The notes: a model not told the origin generated them from the letters alone. Numbered from the stretch's first letter, positions 47,170 to 56,170 are shown. The stretch is DNA of 64,000 nucleotides from an uncultured Verrucomicrobiae bacterium (GCA_963769025.1 CAVYKI010000009.1:96001-160000); one strand, 5' to 3'. Numbers and translations are program-made.

Positions 47170-48540
47170 ATGACAAAGATCTTCTTCTTCCTCATCTTCG
47201 GATTCCTCGTATCGGTGATCCTCACGCCGTGGATGATCCGCCTTGCAAAAAGCGGTGTCGGCCTGGATGCGCCGGACGAGGGGCGCAAGCGGCAGGAAAC
47301 GCCGATCCCGCGCATCGGCGGAATTCCGCTGATGTTCAGCCTGCTCCTCGGCGTGATTATCATTCTCTGGATGCAGCCCGTGCGGGCGTTCGAGTGGTTC
47401 CCGATCCTGGTCGGCTCTTCGCTGATGTTCGGGCTCGGCCTCTGGGATGACATCAAGCCGCTGGGCGCCAAGAAAAAGCTCGTGGGCCAGATCGCCGTCG
47501 CAGGCGTCGTCTCGGCGCTCGGCCTGAACATCGAGAAATTTTCCCTGCCGAGCTACGGCACGATCGAACTCGGCGCCCTGAGCGTGCCGGTGACCATCCT
47601 TTGGCTGATCGCGATTCCCAACATCGTGAACCTCATCGATGGCTTCGACGGCCTGGCGGGCGGGCTGGGCTTGTTCATGTCGCTCACGCTCGGGCTCGTC
47701 GGCTACTATTCCGACCAGCTCGGCCTCGCGTGGTTTGCCTTCACGATGGCGGGCGCGCTGATGGGCTTCCTGATTTTCAACTTCCCGCCCGCCCGCATCT
47801 ACCTCGGCGACGGCGGCGCGTATCTGATCGGTTTCACGATCGCGGTGCTCTCCTTGTCGAGTTCGCACAAGGGATCGGTGGCGGCGGCGCTGCTGGTGAC
47901 GCTCGTCGGGCTCGGCCTGCCGATTTTGGACACCGCATTCGCGCTGGCGCGGCGGGCGTTGCGCGGGTTCCCGCTGTTTCACGCGGACGACGAGCACGTC
48001 CATCACCGGCTGGAGAAGATGGGCATTTCCAAGCGGCGAATCCTGCTCGGTCTCTACGGCATCTGCGTGATCCTGTCGATGATCGGGCTCACGATTTTCT
48101 GGAACCAGGGCGGAACGCTGCCGATCGCCATCGGCGTCGGGGTGTTCTTTCTCATGGTGGTCGGCGTCGTGCGGCACTTCCTGCGGGTGCGGAGCTGGCA
48201 GGACGCGCACCACCAGATGAAGCGCGTTCTCAGCAGGCGCCAGGCGGTGCAGTACACCCTGCTGCAGGGCAAGCTGCTCGTGCTCGAGGTGGAGCGGTGC
48301 GCGTCGGGCGAGGAATTCATCCGCATCCTCCATTCGACCATGCGGCGCGTGGGCTTCGTGGAGGAAGGTGAGACCGAGCGCCAGATCGTGATCCAGCTCC
48401 GCCAGAATGGCACGAAACCGCTGGTGTTCCATGCATCGCTCGATGAAGGCACGGCGGCCGAGTGGCAGCGCATCGCCGAATGTTTCCGGCCCGCCTATGC
48501 AAAGGCGCTCGCCAAGTGGGGCGACGAAATGAGGAAGTAG
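47170..48540 (+). CDS. MraY/WecA-family polyprenyl-phosphate sugar-1-phosphate transferase with C-terminal extension
   Basis: PRIGG, GLWDD, NLIDGFDGLAGG, FNFPPARIYLGDGG, PILDT, DDEHVHHRL. Confidence 0.9.
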   Translation: MTKIFFFLIFGFLVSVILTPWMIRLAKSGVGLDAPDEGRKRQETPIPRIGGIPLMFSLLLGVIIILWMQPVRAFEWFPILVGSSLMFGLGLWDDIKPLGAKKKLVGQIAVAGVVSALGLNIEKFSLPSYGTIELGALSVPVTILWLIAIPNIVNLIDGFDGLAGGLGLFMSLTLGLVGYYSDQLGLAWFAFTMAGALMGFLIFNFPPARIYLGDGGAYLIGFTIAVLSLSSSHKGSVAAALLVTLVGLGLPILDTAFALARRALRGFPLFHADDEHVHHRLEKMGISKRRILLGLYGICVILSMIGLTIFWNQGGTLPIAIGVGVFFLMVVGVVRHFLRVRSWQDAHHQMKRVLSRRQAVQYTLLQGKLLVLEVERCASGEEFIRILHSTMRRVGFVEEGETERQIVIQLRQNGTKPLVFHASLDEGTAAEWQRIAECFRPAYAKALAKWGDEMRK

Positions 48541-48544
48541 CCCG

Positions 48545-50920
48545 ATGCCGCCACGCCCCCCGAAAAGCCATCGGAAAGAGCCGCAGGCACCGGCACGGAC
48601 CGCGCGCATGAATGCGGCGCTGGCGGCCTTCGGGATCATGGTCGTGCTCGGCCCGCTGGCGTTTGGCGCTGTGGATCGCTTCGTGCAGCTCGCGCTCGTG
48701 CTCGTGATGGCCGTGGGGATGTTCCTTTATCCGCCGACGCTGCTCCCGCTCGGGAGACGCGGCAACATGCTGGCGATCGCGCTTATCGGCGTCCTCGTCC
48801 TGAAGGAATTCCTGCCCTGGCAATGGTTCGGCGGGTCGCGCTGGCGCGTCGAGGTGCAGGCCATCCCCGGGCTGGATGTCGCAGGCACGCATCATCCCGA
48901 GCCGGCGCGGGCTCTGGATGCGCTGCTCACCGGGCTGCTCGCGTTCGCGTGGCTGCAATGGGCCCGCAGCATGGCGGCGCGGCGCGAGATGCGCGTGGTG
49001 ATGGCGTGGATCCTTTTTGGCGCGGGCGTCGCGTTTGCGGGCGTCTGCCTTGTGATGTCGGGGAAGGGCGCGCAGGCCAGCGCGATCTACGGGCTGCGCT
49101 ACACGGCCGGCTGGTCATGGGGGCCCTTTCCAAATCGCAACCACACCGCTTCGCTGCTGGCGATGTCGGCGCTCATGGGACTCGGCTGCACGGTGTGGGC
49201 GGGTGCGCGCGGCAGGCGGACGCTGACGATCGTGGCGACCGTCGGGCTGCTCGCCATCCTCGTCGCGCTGCTCCTGAGCAAGTCCCGCGGCGGTCTCGTC
49301 GCTCTGGCGGTGGGCCTTGCGGTCTTCAGCGGAATGATGCTCTGGCGGCATCGGAGCAGGCGGACGCTCGCGATCGTGATCGGCGGCATGGCGCTCGTCG
49401 CGGTGGTGGTCATGCTGTTCGGCAGCCAGGTGATCGAGCGCTTCTCCGCAGGGGACGGAAATCTGGCCGCGAACCAACTGCGAAAGGACGTGTGGCGCAA
49501 CGCGATCCTCATGTGGCGGGACGCGCCGCTGCTCGGCCACGGCGCGGGCACCTTCAGCTGGCTGTTCCCATTCTATCAGCGTCTCACGCTCGATGATAAC
49601 GTGGTGCTCCACCCCGAGAGCAGCTGGCTGCAATGGCTGTGTGAACTCGGCCTCGTTCCCACGCTGATCCTCGCGGGTCTCGCGGCGAGGCTCGTGCTGT
49701 CCAGGCTGGGCGAAATCTTCGGGCGGCGCGGCACTTTCTACCTGTCCGCCGGGGCACTGGCCGGACTCGCCGTGGTCGTGGCGCATTCGGTGATCGATGT
49801 CCCTGCCCACCGCTGGGGCACTGCGGGATTTGCGCTGGCACTGCTTGCGCTCGCGTGTCCGATTTCGCGCGAGGTGCAGGTCATCGGCGTGGTCGCGCCG
49901 CGGACGGCGCTGGTGCCGCTGGCCGTCGGCGCGTACTGGGCGCTGCCGTTTTTGGGATTGGGAACGGGCTGGCAGCCGGTCCGCATCGAGCAACTGCTGG
50001 CGCGCGAGGCCGCGGGGACCCTGCCTCGCACGACGCTCGCGGAGTGGAAAAAGGAACTCGGCTATTTTCCGCTGCGACCGGAGCTGCATCAGCTCGCCGC
50101 ATTGCGCGAACTGGAGGCCGGCATCCCCGGCACCGCGGAATGGCAGCGGCACTTCGAGATCGTCCAGCGGTTGGTTCCCGGGAGCTGGAGCTATCCCATC
50201 GTCCAGGCGCGCGCGGTGAAGCGCATTTCGCCTGCGCTGTGCATGCACTACTGGCAGGTGGCCGTGGGGCGCGCCGGCTGGCGTTCGGCGGAGATCCTCG
50301 GGCGCGCGCTCAGTGACACCGCCAATCTCCCCGGCGCGGAATCGATCTGGGCCGGCTACATCGCCTCGAATCCCGCGCTCGCCCTGGCCTACGCGCGGAC
50401 GCTGCCCGAGGCGGACACCCGGCCCTTCTTCGACGTGTGGTGGAAGGCGCGCGGCACCGCCACGGACCTCACCACCGATGAACTCCGCGACTTTTACGTC
50501 CTCGCGCTGCGCTGGGCCACCGCCGAGCAGGTGCTCGAATGGATGAAGTCCCATGCATCCCGCCGCCGCGACGATTACCGCGCATGGGTCGCGCTGCTCC
50601 ACGGCACCGGCATGAGCGACCGCGCATGGCAGCTCTACCGCGGCAGGGTCGATGAGCCGGCGTATCCGCTGAGCGGGACCGTGCTTTCGCGCGAGGAAGT
50701 CGAGGCCCGCGTCCGCGTCGCGCCGGAGAATGTCAGCAATCTCGTCGAGCTGGCCCGCATCAGTGAGCAGGCCGGCGATCGCGCAGGCGCGCGGAAAATC
50801 ATCCTCGATGTCGCCACGCGAAAGGACGCCCCCGCGTGGATCCTGCGAAAGTCGGCCTACCTCCTCGCTGAGGAGGAAAAATTCCCCGAAGCCGTCGAGA
50901 TGATCCTCCGCGAGCGCTGA
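48545..50920 (+). CDS. O-antigen ligase family membrane protein with helical (TPR-like) C-terminus
   Basis: GPFPNRNH, SKSRGG, R..VW, GHGAGTF, HPESSWLQ..ELG; many TM helices. Confidence 0.82.
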   Translation: MPPRPPKSHRKEPQAPARTARMNAALAAFGIMVVLGPLAFGAVDRFVQLALVLVMAVGMFLYPPTLLPLGRRGNMLAIALIGVLVLKEFLPWQWFGGSRWRVEVQAIPGLDVAGTHHPEPARALDALLTGLLAFAWLQWARSMAARREMRVVMAWILFGAGVAFAGVCLVMSGKGAQASAIYGLRYTAGWSWGPFPNRNHTASLLAMSALMGLGCTVWAGARGRRTLTIVATVGLLAILVALLLSKSRGGLVALAVGLAVFSGMMLWRHRSRRTLAIVIGGMALVAVVVMLFGSQVIERFSAGDGNLAANQLRKDVWRNAILMWRDAPLLGHGAGTFSWLFPFYQRLTLDDNVVLHPESSWLQWLCELGLVPTLILAGLAARLVLSRLGEIFGRRGTFYLSAGALAGLAVVVAHSVIDVPAHRWGTAGFALALLALACPISREVQVIGVVAPRTALVPLAVGAYWALPFLGLGTGWQPVRIEQLLAREAAGTLPRTTLAEWKKELGYFPLRPELHQLAALRELEAGIPGTAEWQRHFEIVQRLVPGSWSYPIVQARAVKRISPALCMHYWQVAVGRAGWRSAEILGRALSDTANLPGAESIWAGYIASNPALALAYARTLPEADTRPFFDVWWKARGTATDLTTDELRDFYVLALRWATAEQVLEWMKSHASRRRDDYRAWVALLHGTGMSDRAWQLYRGRVDEPAYPLSGTVLSREEVEARVRVAPENVSNLVELARISEQAGDRAGARKIILDVATRKDAPAWILRKSAYLLAEEEKFPEAVEMILRER

Positions 50921-50997
50921 GAAATTCCGCGCATGGCGCCCGCCGCTGCGCGACGCTGGAAAGCCCCCTCTGGCAAGGGGGCAATCCTGCCGCGCCG

Positions 50998-51111
50998 CGT
51001 AACGCGGGCCATCCTGCCCGCGCACCGGCGACCTGGACAGGATTGCCCGTGCACCCGAGACGCGGAGACGATCGCGCACACCGGGGACGCGGACAGGATT
51101 GTCCGCATTAC
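50998..51111. repeat. REP-like inverted repeat element
   Basis: cgtaacgcgggccatcctg pairs imperfectly with caggattgtccgcattacg. Confidence 0.55.
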
Positions 51112-51177
51112 GCAGCGAAGGCTCCGCTTGGGGCGTGTCATCCAGTTTGAACGTGTGGAGTAACGGCAATCGCAGCG

Positions 51178-51401
51178 TGTCCCGGAGGGACGAAGGAAAT
51201 TAGCCGGTGGTGGAGCGAGCGCAGCGAGTGAGAACCACCGGATCCCGTCCAATAATACGATGCGTCCCGGCAGGGACGCGGGAATTCCGGACACGAGTCC
51301 ATTCCCGCCGCCCCCTCCGGGGCGGATGACATGCATTGCGTGGATCCGGTGGTGTTCGCTTCGCTCGACCACCGGCTAATTTCCGCGACGCCTCCGGCGT
51401 C
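51178..51401. repeat. REP/MITE-like long palindromic element
   Basis: Perfect 17-bp IR ggaaattagccggtggt (51195-51211) / accaccggctaatttcc (51368-51384), with internal gtcccgg(c)agggacg motifs. Confidence 0.7.
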
Positions 51402-51685
51402 ACAAACATGCCCCAAGCATATAAAATCCCCTTGCCTATGCTTCACACCTTCCTGTAATACCGCGCCCGACGCCACAGCTTCCCGGCGTTGGAATGGATG
51501 CCGGGAGCGGGGCTCCCCAATCAACAACCAGCAGGCAACGGACATGCACGGATCGGAGGATATGCAGGTGCGCCACGGCGGAGGTTTCGCCGGAGGGGAA
51601 AGCGTCCCCGGGTGCGCCGGGGATGAAATGCGACGCGGCGGCCCCGATCCGGTGCCCTTCGGAGACAATGAAATCAGCCATGCCC

Positions 51686-51760
51686 GTCCGAAAATAGCCC
51701 GGCACCCGCATCGATGTCCGAAAATAGCCCGGCCGTCGGATCCATGTCCGAAAATAGGCC
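51686..51760. repeat. 30-bp tandem repeat, ~3 copies
   Basis: gtccgaaaatagccc at 51686 and 51716, and gtccgaaaataggcc at 51746. Confidence 0.75.
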
Positions 51761-51891
51761 AGCACTTCAGTGCTGGGTCTTCCGGTCCCTGCGGGAATGA
51801 GTCCCGGAGGGACGAAAGAATCCTGCCATCCCTCCGGGACTTGTCCGGATTGTCCTCCTCGGTACCCAGCACTGAATTGCTGGGCAATTTT
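51751..51891. repeat. REP/MITE-like element, copy 1
   Basis: TIRs aaaataggccagcacttcagtgctggg / cccagcactgaattgctgggcaatttt, internal gagtcccggagggacg; second copy at 55109. Confidence 0.78.
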
Positions 51892-51927
51892 CAGGGTTCT
51901 GCGCCCTGTTGCACGACCTCCTACGGG

Positions 51928-52220
51928 TGCAAAGGTCTCCGCTCAAAGCCGGCCCCGCATCTTGCGCGTGCAACGACCCGCGCCCCAAAGCCGGGCCGGT
52001 TTCCTTTGCGTGCAAAGACCCCCGGCTCAAGCTTGAGCCGCCCCTCTTTGCACCTGCAAGGGGCACCGCGCCCGGGCCCGCAGGCATTTGCAGGTGCAAA
52101 GACCCCCGACTTAAGGTCAAACCGCCCCCCTTTGCATGCAAAGACCCCCGACTTAAAGTCAAACCGCCCCTCTTTGCATGCAAAGACCCATGACTTAAAG
52201 TCAAACCACCCCTCTTTGCA
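51928..52220. repeat. 42-bp palindromic tandem array, 7 units
   Basis: Units TGCAAAG-N28-CTTTGCA start at 51928, 51969, 52011, ~52053, 52095, 52137 and 52179. Confidence 0.85.
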
Positions 52221-52380
52221 CCGGGATACCCCCGGATTTTCGGCAAAAAATGCCATTTTTCGCCCCTTTCCAGCCCATCGCCCTCCGATCTGCCCGTTTT
52301 CAGCCTTTGGCGGGCACCTCCCGGCATTCCCTCCCGCTTCCCACGCATCCTCACATCCACCCCTGAACCACTGACCCGCC

Positions 52381-53163
52381 ATGCCATTCCGCCAGTTACC
52401 CAGCACGAACGCCACCTACCTGCAGGCCCTCGACGCCGCCCATGCCAAATGGACCGGCACCGCCGCCCCGGACCGCCTCATCAGCCAGGAGCAGTTCGAC
52501 AAATACCTCGACCTCACCCCGCCCGCCGGCGGCGCATTGGGCAGCATCCATTTCCGGTTCAAAAAGGAGACCGGCGAATCCACCGGCGCACTCGCCGCGC
52601 AGACGCCCCTCACCAGCGCGCTCGATACCACCCGCGGCCTGCTCCGCCTCACCATCTCGCATTTCATCCAGACGATGAATAATGCCATCACCCGCGGCGT
52701 CCTCCCGCGCGAGACCCGCACCACCTTCCAGCTCCCGCTGGAGAGCGACCGCGTGCCCGACCTCTTCACCGATGCCGACCTCCTGCTCTGGGCCCAGCAC
52801 ATCGCCGATGGCGAAACCGCCCGCACCGCCGCCGGCGGCACCCCCATCGCCTGGCCCGCCGCCGCCGAAGTCACCGCCCTGCGCGACCAGTTCCGCACCC
52901 AGTCCGCCGCGCAAAGCACCGCCAAGGACGCCACCGACCGCGAGCAGGGCGACGTCGAGCGCCTCCTGCCCGGCGTCGCCGCCGCCATCAAGGACCTCTG
53001 GGACACCATCGAATTCAACCTCCGCCACGAACCCACCACCTCCGGCCTCCGCCGCCGCGCCCGCGAATGGGGCCTGACCTACGCCACCCGCCCCGGCGAA
53101 ACCCCCGACGAAGGAACGCCCCCCACAAACCCCACCCCGCCCGCACCCGGGAATCCGGCGTGA
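52381..53163 (+). CDS. Hypothetical protein, probably of a conserved family (MPxRxLP...HFIQ...GE..R...GG.PI)
   Basis: 260-aa ORF with strong C-ending codon bias, helical character and Pro-rich tail. Confidence 0.75.
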   Translation: MPFRQLPSTNATYLQALDAAHAKWTGTAAPDRLISQEQFDKYLDLTPPAGGALGSIHFRFKKETGESTGALAAQTPLTSALDTTRGLLRLTISHFIQTMNNAITRGVLPRETRTTFQLPLESDRVPDLFTDADLLLWAQHIADGETARTAAGGTPIAWPAAAEVTALRDQFRTQSAAQSTAKDATDREQGDVERLLPGVAAAIKDLWDTIEFNLRHEPTTSGLRRRAREWGLTYATRPGETPDEGTPPTNPTPPAPGNPA

Positions 53164-53202
53164 CTTTCGGCTAATTCTTGGCATGCCCACTACGCCCTCT
53201 CT

Positions 53203-53745
53203 ATGAAAACCGAAACACCCGCTGAAGAAGAACTGCGTTTGAAGCGTATCAACACCTGGATCGCTGCAATTGGTGCGATTGGAGTGGCCGCCACAATCTG
53301 GTTTGGATTTCGCCGGTTAGCTGTGGAAGCACAAGCGCAGACTAACGCAGTTCAGCAACAGTGGGCGACTCACTTTTACGACGAGAAACTTTCTCTCTAC
53401 GCGAGAGCGACCGAGACGGCAGCCAAGATCGCCGCTCTGAAATCGAAAGAGGCGAAAGACACCGACTTGCAAGGTGCTATTACCGAGTTCCGCATACTCT
53501 TCTGGGGTCCGATGTGTGTCACCGAAGGTCAAGACGTAGAGAAGGCGATGGTGTATTTTGCTGCTGCTCTCGATTCGGCAGCTTCCGGGAAGGACCTCCA
53601 GCAGCTTTCTCTTTTTCTCGCTCACGTTTGCCGCAATGAAGCTCATGAGTTATACGTTCGAGACGGACACGCTGCGTCACACTACGGAACAAACGACACG
53701 ATTCTGGAGCGTATGAAACAGCTCTCGGGTGCTTCTTCTCAATGA
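53203..53745 (+). CDS. Hypothetical protein with N-terminal TM helix
   Basis: 180-aa ORF in visibly lower-GC sequence; TM WIAAIGAIGVAATIWFGF. Confidence 0.7.
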   Translation: MKTETPAEEELRLKRINTWIAAIGAIGVAATIWFGFRRLAVEAQAQTNAVQQQWATHFYDEKLSLYARATETAAKIAALKSKEAKDTDLQGAITEFRILFWGPMCVTEGQDVEKAMVYFAAALDSAASGKDLQQLSLFLAHVCRNEAHELYVRDGHAASHYGTNDTILERMKQLSGASSQ

Positions 53746-53773
53746 ACCGTGGGCCTACGCGCTATCCAAATTT

Positions 53774-53878
53774 ATGATACCACCAGACCCACCGCCCCCG
53801 CCGCCCCCGCCGCCCCCGCCGCCCCCGCCGACCAATAATCCGGGAACCAAGAGTCCGAACATTCCGCGAACGCGATGA
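53774..53878 (+). CDS. Putative 34-aa polyproline micro-protein
   Basis: Manual translation MIPPD(P)14TNNPGTKSPNIPRTR*; its TGA overlaps the next ATG (ATGA at 53875-53878). Confidence 0.45.
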   Translation: MIPPDPPPPPPPPPPPPPPTNNPGTKSPNIPRTR

Positions 53879-54091
53879 CAAGCAAGGACCTTTGGGAGCA
53901 GTATCAGCATTACACCAATGACCTCACGCAGAACGCGCGCACTCTTGGTTTCGCCGCGGGAGCGATATGCTGGCTCTTCAAGCCCGCTGACGAGGTATCG
54001 TTTCCTCCAGCTATTCTTTGCGCCCTCAGTCTCCTCGTCGTGTTCTTCGTGTGCGACATTCTCCATTATTTCATCGGCGCCCTCGCGCTTA
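53875..54091 (+). pseudogene. Membrane protein gene interrupted by IS5 insertion
   Basis: Two TM helices up to FIGALAL, after which the sequence switches into the IS left end. Confidence 0.6.
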
Positions 54092-54850
54092 GAGCGTGTC
54101 ATGCACTTTGGTTGAAAGAAAGGTCTGTACTTTGTAAATACGTCCCGGCATTACGCTTGGGATGGCGCTTAAAACACGAGGAACCAAAACCAATTATGCG
54201 AGCGATGTCAGCGATGAGGAATGGGCGTTCTGCGCGCCGTATCTCACGCTGATGAGAGAAGACGCTGCGCAGCGCGAATACTCGATGCGGGCGATGTTCA
54301 ACGCTGTGCGTTACATGGTGCGGGCGGGATGTCCGTGGCGGATGATTCCCAACGATCTGCCTCCGTGGCCGGCGGTGCATCAGCAGGCGCAGCGATGGAT
54401 CAATGCGGGGTGTTTCGAAGCGATGGCGCACGACCTGCGCAAGATGCTGCGTTTGCTCGCGCAGAAAGCCATGCAACCGACGGCGGTGATCCTCGATGGA
54501 AGAACAATGCAATCGACGCCGGAAAGCGGAGCCCGGGCGGGCTACGACGGATACAAGCGGCGCAAAGGTTCCAAAGTGCACGCCGCAGTGGATACGCTGG
54601 GCAATTTGCTCGCGCTCAAAGTCACCGCGGCCAGTGAACAGGAGCGCGCCCAAGTGGCGGATCTGATCAAGGAAGTGCAGGAGGCAACGGGTGAAAATGT
54701 GGAAGTGGCGTACGTCGATCAGGGCTACACGGGCCAAACGCCAAAAGAGCAGGCGGCCAAACAAGGCGTCGATTTGATCGTGGTGAAGCTCGAAGAAGCC
54801 AAACGCGGATTCGTGCTTCTGCCCAGACGCTGGGTGGTCGAACGCTCGTT
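54092..54850 (+). mobile_element. IS5-family insertion sequence, 3'-truncated
   Basis: Putative left end GAGCGTGTCATGCAC after TTA; no matching right IR found. Confidence 0.75.
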
Positions 54851-54881
54851 CAGCATTGGGGCGCGCTCGCATTCGCTTTGA
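54162..54881 (+). CDS. IS5 family transposase, C-terminally truncated
   Basis: YASDVSDEEW, GCPWRMIPNDLPPW, ILDGRT, GYDGYKRRKGSKVHAAVDTLG, VDQGY, RRWVVERSF then aberrant tail. Confidence 0.9.
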   Translation: MALKTRGTKTNYASDVSDEEWAFCAPYLTLMREDAAQREYSMRAMFNAVRYMVRAGCPWRMIPNDLPPWPAVHQQAQRWINAGCFEAMAHDLRKMLRLLAQKAMQPTAVILDGRTMQSTPESGARAGYDGYKRRKGSKVHAAVDTLGNLLALKVTAASEQERAQVADLIKEVQEATGENVEVAYVDQGYTGQTPKEQAAKQGVDLIVVKLEEAKRGFVLLPRRWVVERSFSIGARSHSL

Positions 54882-55108
54882 CCTTATCGAGTGCAGCGAA
54901 CCGCACAAGTGATGAGGAGATTCCGAAACCTCAATAACCGCAACGCCTAACCCCTATGAAAGGGGTCAAGATGGAAGTTGGGTGAAGTGAGTAAATGGTT
55001 TGCTTGGGTTTGGCCGGGCGGCGCGTTGCCGGGGGCGGCCGGGTCTGGGTTGGGGGTTGCGTGAGCTTGGGAACGTCTGACTCGCTCGCTTCGCTCGTCT
55101 CGCCCTTG

Positions 55109-55252
55109 AAAATAGCCCAGCACTTCAGTGCTGGGACCGTTGCGAAATGGGAAACGAGTCCCGGAGGGACGGCAGAATGGTTCTTTCGTCCCTGCCGGGA
55201 CTCGCTGTCTGCACACTCTGAAAGACCCAGCACTGAAGTGCTGGGCTATTTT
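55109..55252. repeat. REP/MITE-like element, copy 2
   Basis: Perfect 27-bp TIR aaaatagcccagcacttcagtgctggg / cccagcactgaagtgctgggctatttt, with internal gagtcccggagggacg...cgtccctgccgggactc. Confidence 0.8.
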
Positions 55253-55528
55253 CGGAAACTTCAGAGCCGCCTACGCAAACACCGCGCTGATCGGCTTCCC
55301 ATCCGCCGCATGCACGGGACGGGCGTTCGGGGGAAGAGGGAACGAGGAAGATGAGGGGACGTGTCGCAGCGCGATGAGCGCGGGTTTGTGAGGAGGGGCG
55401 CGTGAACCAGTTTGCGAGCGGGGCGATGCGACGGGATGTGCGTGTCGCGTCAGGCGGTTTTCCGCGGTGAAATTGTGGCTTGAGGCGGCACGCGCGCGGG
55501 CGGAGCTTTTGCCAACAACCCCACTGCC

Positions 55529-56152
55529 ATGAAAACCATCGCATCGCTTGTCCTCGCCACTTCCATGCTTGCCGCACCGGCTTTTGCCGCGGGCAAGAAA
55601 CCGTTCACCGTGCGCGGTGAATTCATTGATTCGTGCAGTTGCGCCATCGGGTGCAGTTGCCCGATGGGCTCCATCGAGGCCGGCTGCCAGGGCATCGGCG
55701 TCATCGTCGTGAAGTCGGGCAAGTTTGCCGGGAGCGACATGTCCGGCACGAAGATCGCCTACGCCGTCGCGCCCGGCAAATGGGTGCGCGGATACGTGGA
55801 CGCTCCCGATGGCGCGAAGGCGCAGGCGGCGTCGGCATTCGCGGCCGCGGCGCTCGCGGGCTTCGGCAAGGTGGAGTTTGTGAAACCCGCCAGCGTCGCC
55901 GTGTCGGGCTCGAACGGCGCGTACACCTACTCGGTGAATGGCGGCAAGATCATGAAAGCCTCGACGCGCATGGTCGCGGGTGCCGACGGACGTTCGCCAA
56001 TCATCCACTCGAACCTCCCCGACCCGCTCAATGACAGCCTGGCGCAGGCGAAGACCGTGAGCGGCAGCTACCGCGATGCCGGGCGCTCCTTCACGCTGCG
56101 CGGCAGCAACAGCTACTACAACACGCGGCTCAGCAAGAGCGGGAAGCTTTAG
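55529..56152 (+). CDS. Secreted DUF1326-like putative metal-binding protein
   Basis: Signal peptide; GEFIDSCSCAIGCSCPMG...GCQG Cys cluster. Confidence 0.7.
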   Translation: MKTIASLVLATSMLAAPAFAAGKKPFTVRGEFIDSCSCAIGCSCPMGSIEAGCQGIGVIVVKSGKFAGSDMSGTKIAYAVAPGKWVRGYVDAPDGAKAQAASAFAAAALAGFGKVEFVKPASVAVSGSNGAYTYSVNGGKIMKASTRMVAGADGRSPIIHSNLPDPLNDSLAQAKTVSGSYRDAGRSFTLRGSNSYYNTRLSKSGKL

Positions 56153-56170
56153 CGCCGGCGGCGCGGCTGC

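Noticed and set aside
51928..52220. CRISPR array
   Set aside because: Unit interiors are homologous to each other rather than unique spacers, and no cas genes are in the window
51331..52374. 347-aa ORF (and antisense ORFs 51767..52387, 51921..52415) as real genes
   Set aside because: They run through REP elements and 30/42-bp repeats whose 3n periods keep several frames open; no protein-like features. Translation of the 14-aa repeat part cannot be fully excluded.
54945..54983. Integron attC site (GCCTAAC ... GTTGGGT) after cassette-like low-GC ORFs
   Set aside because: Span of ~39 bp is too short, there is no convincing L-box pairing, no second site and no integrase in the window
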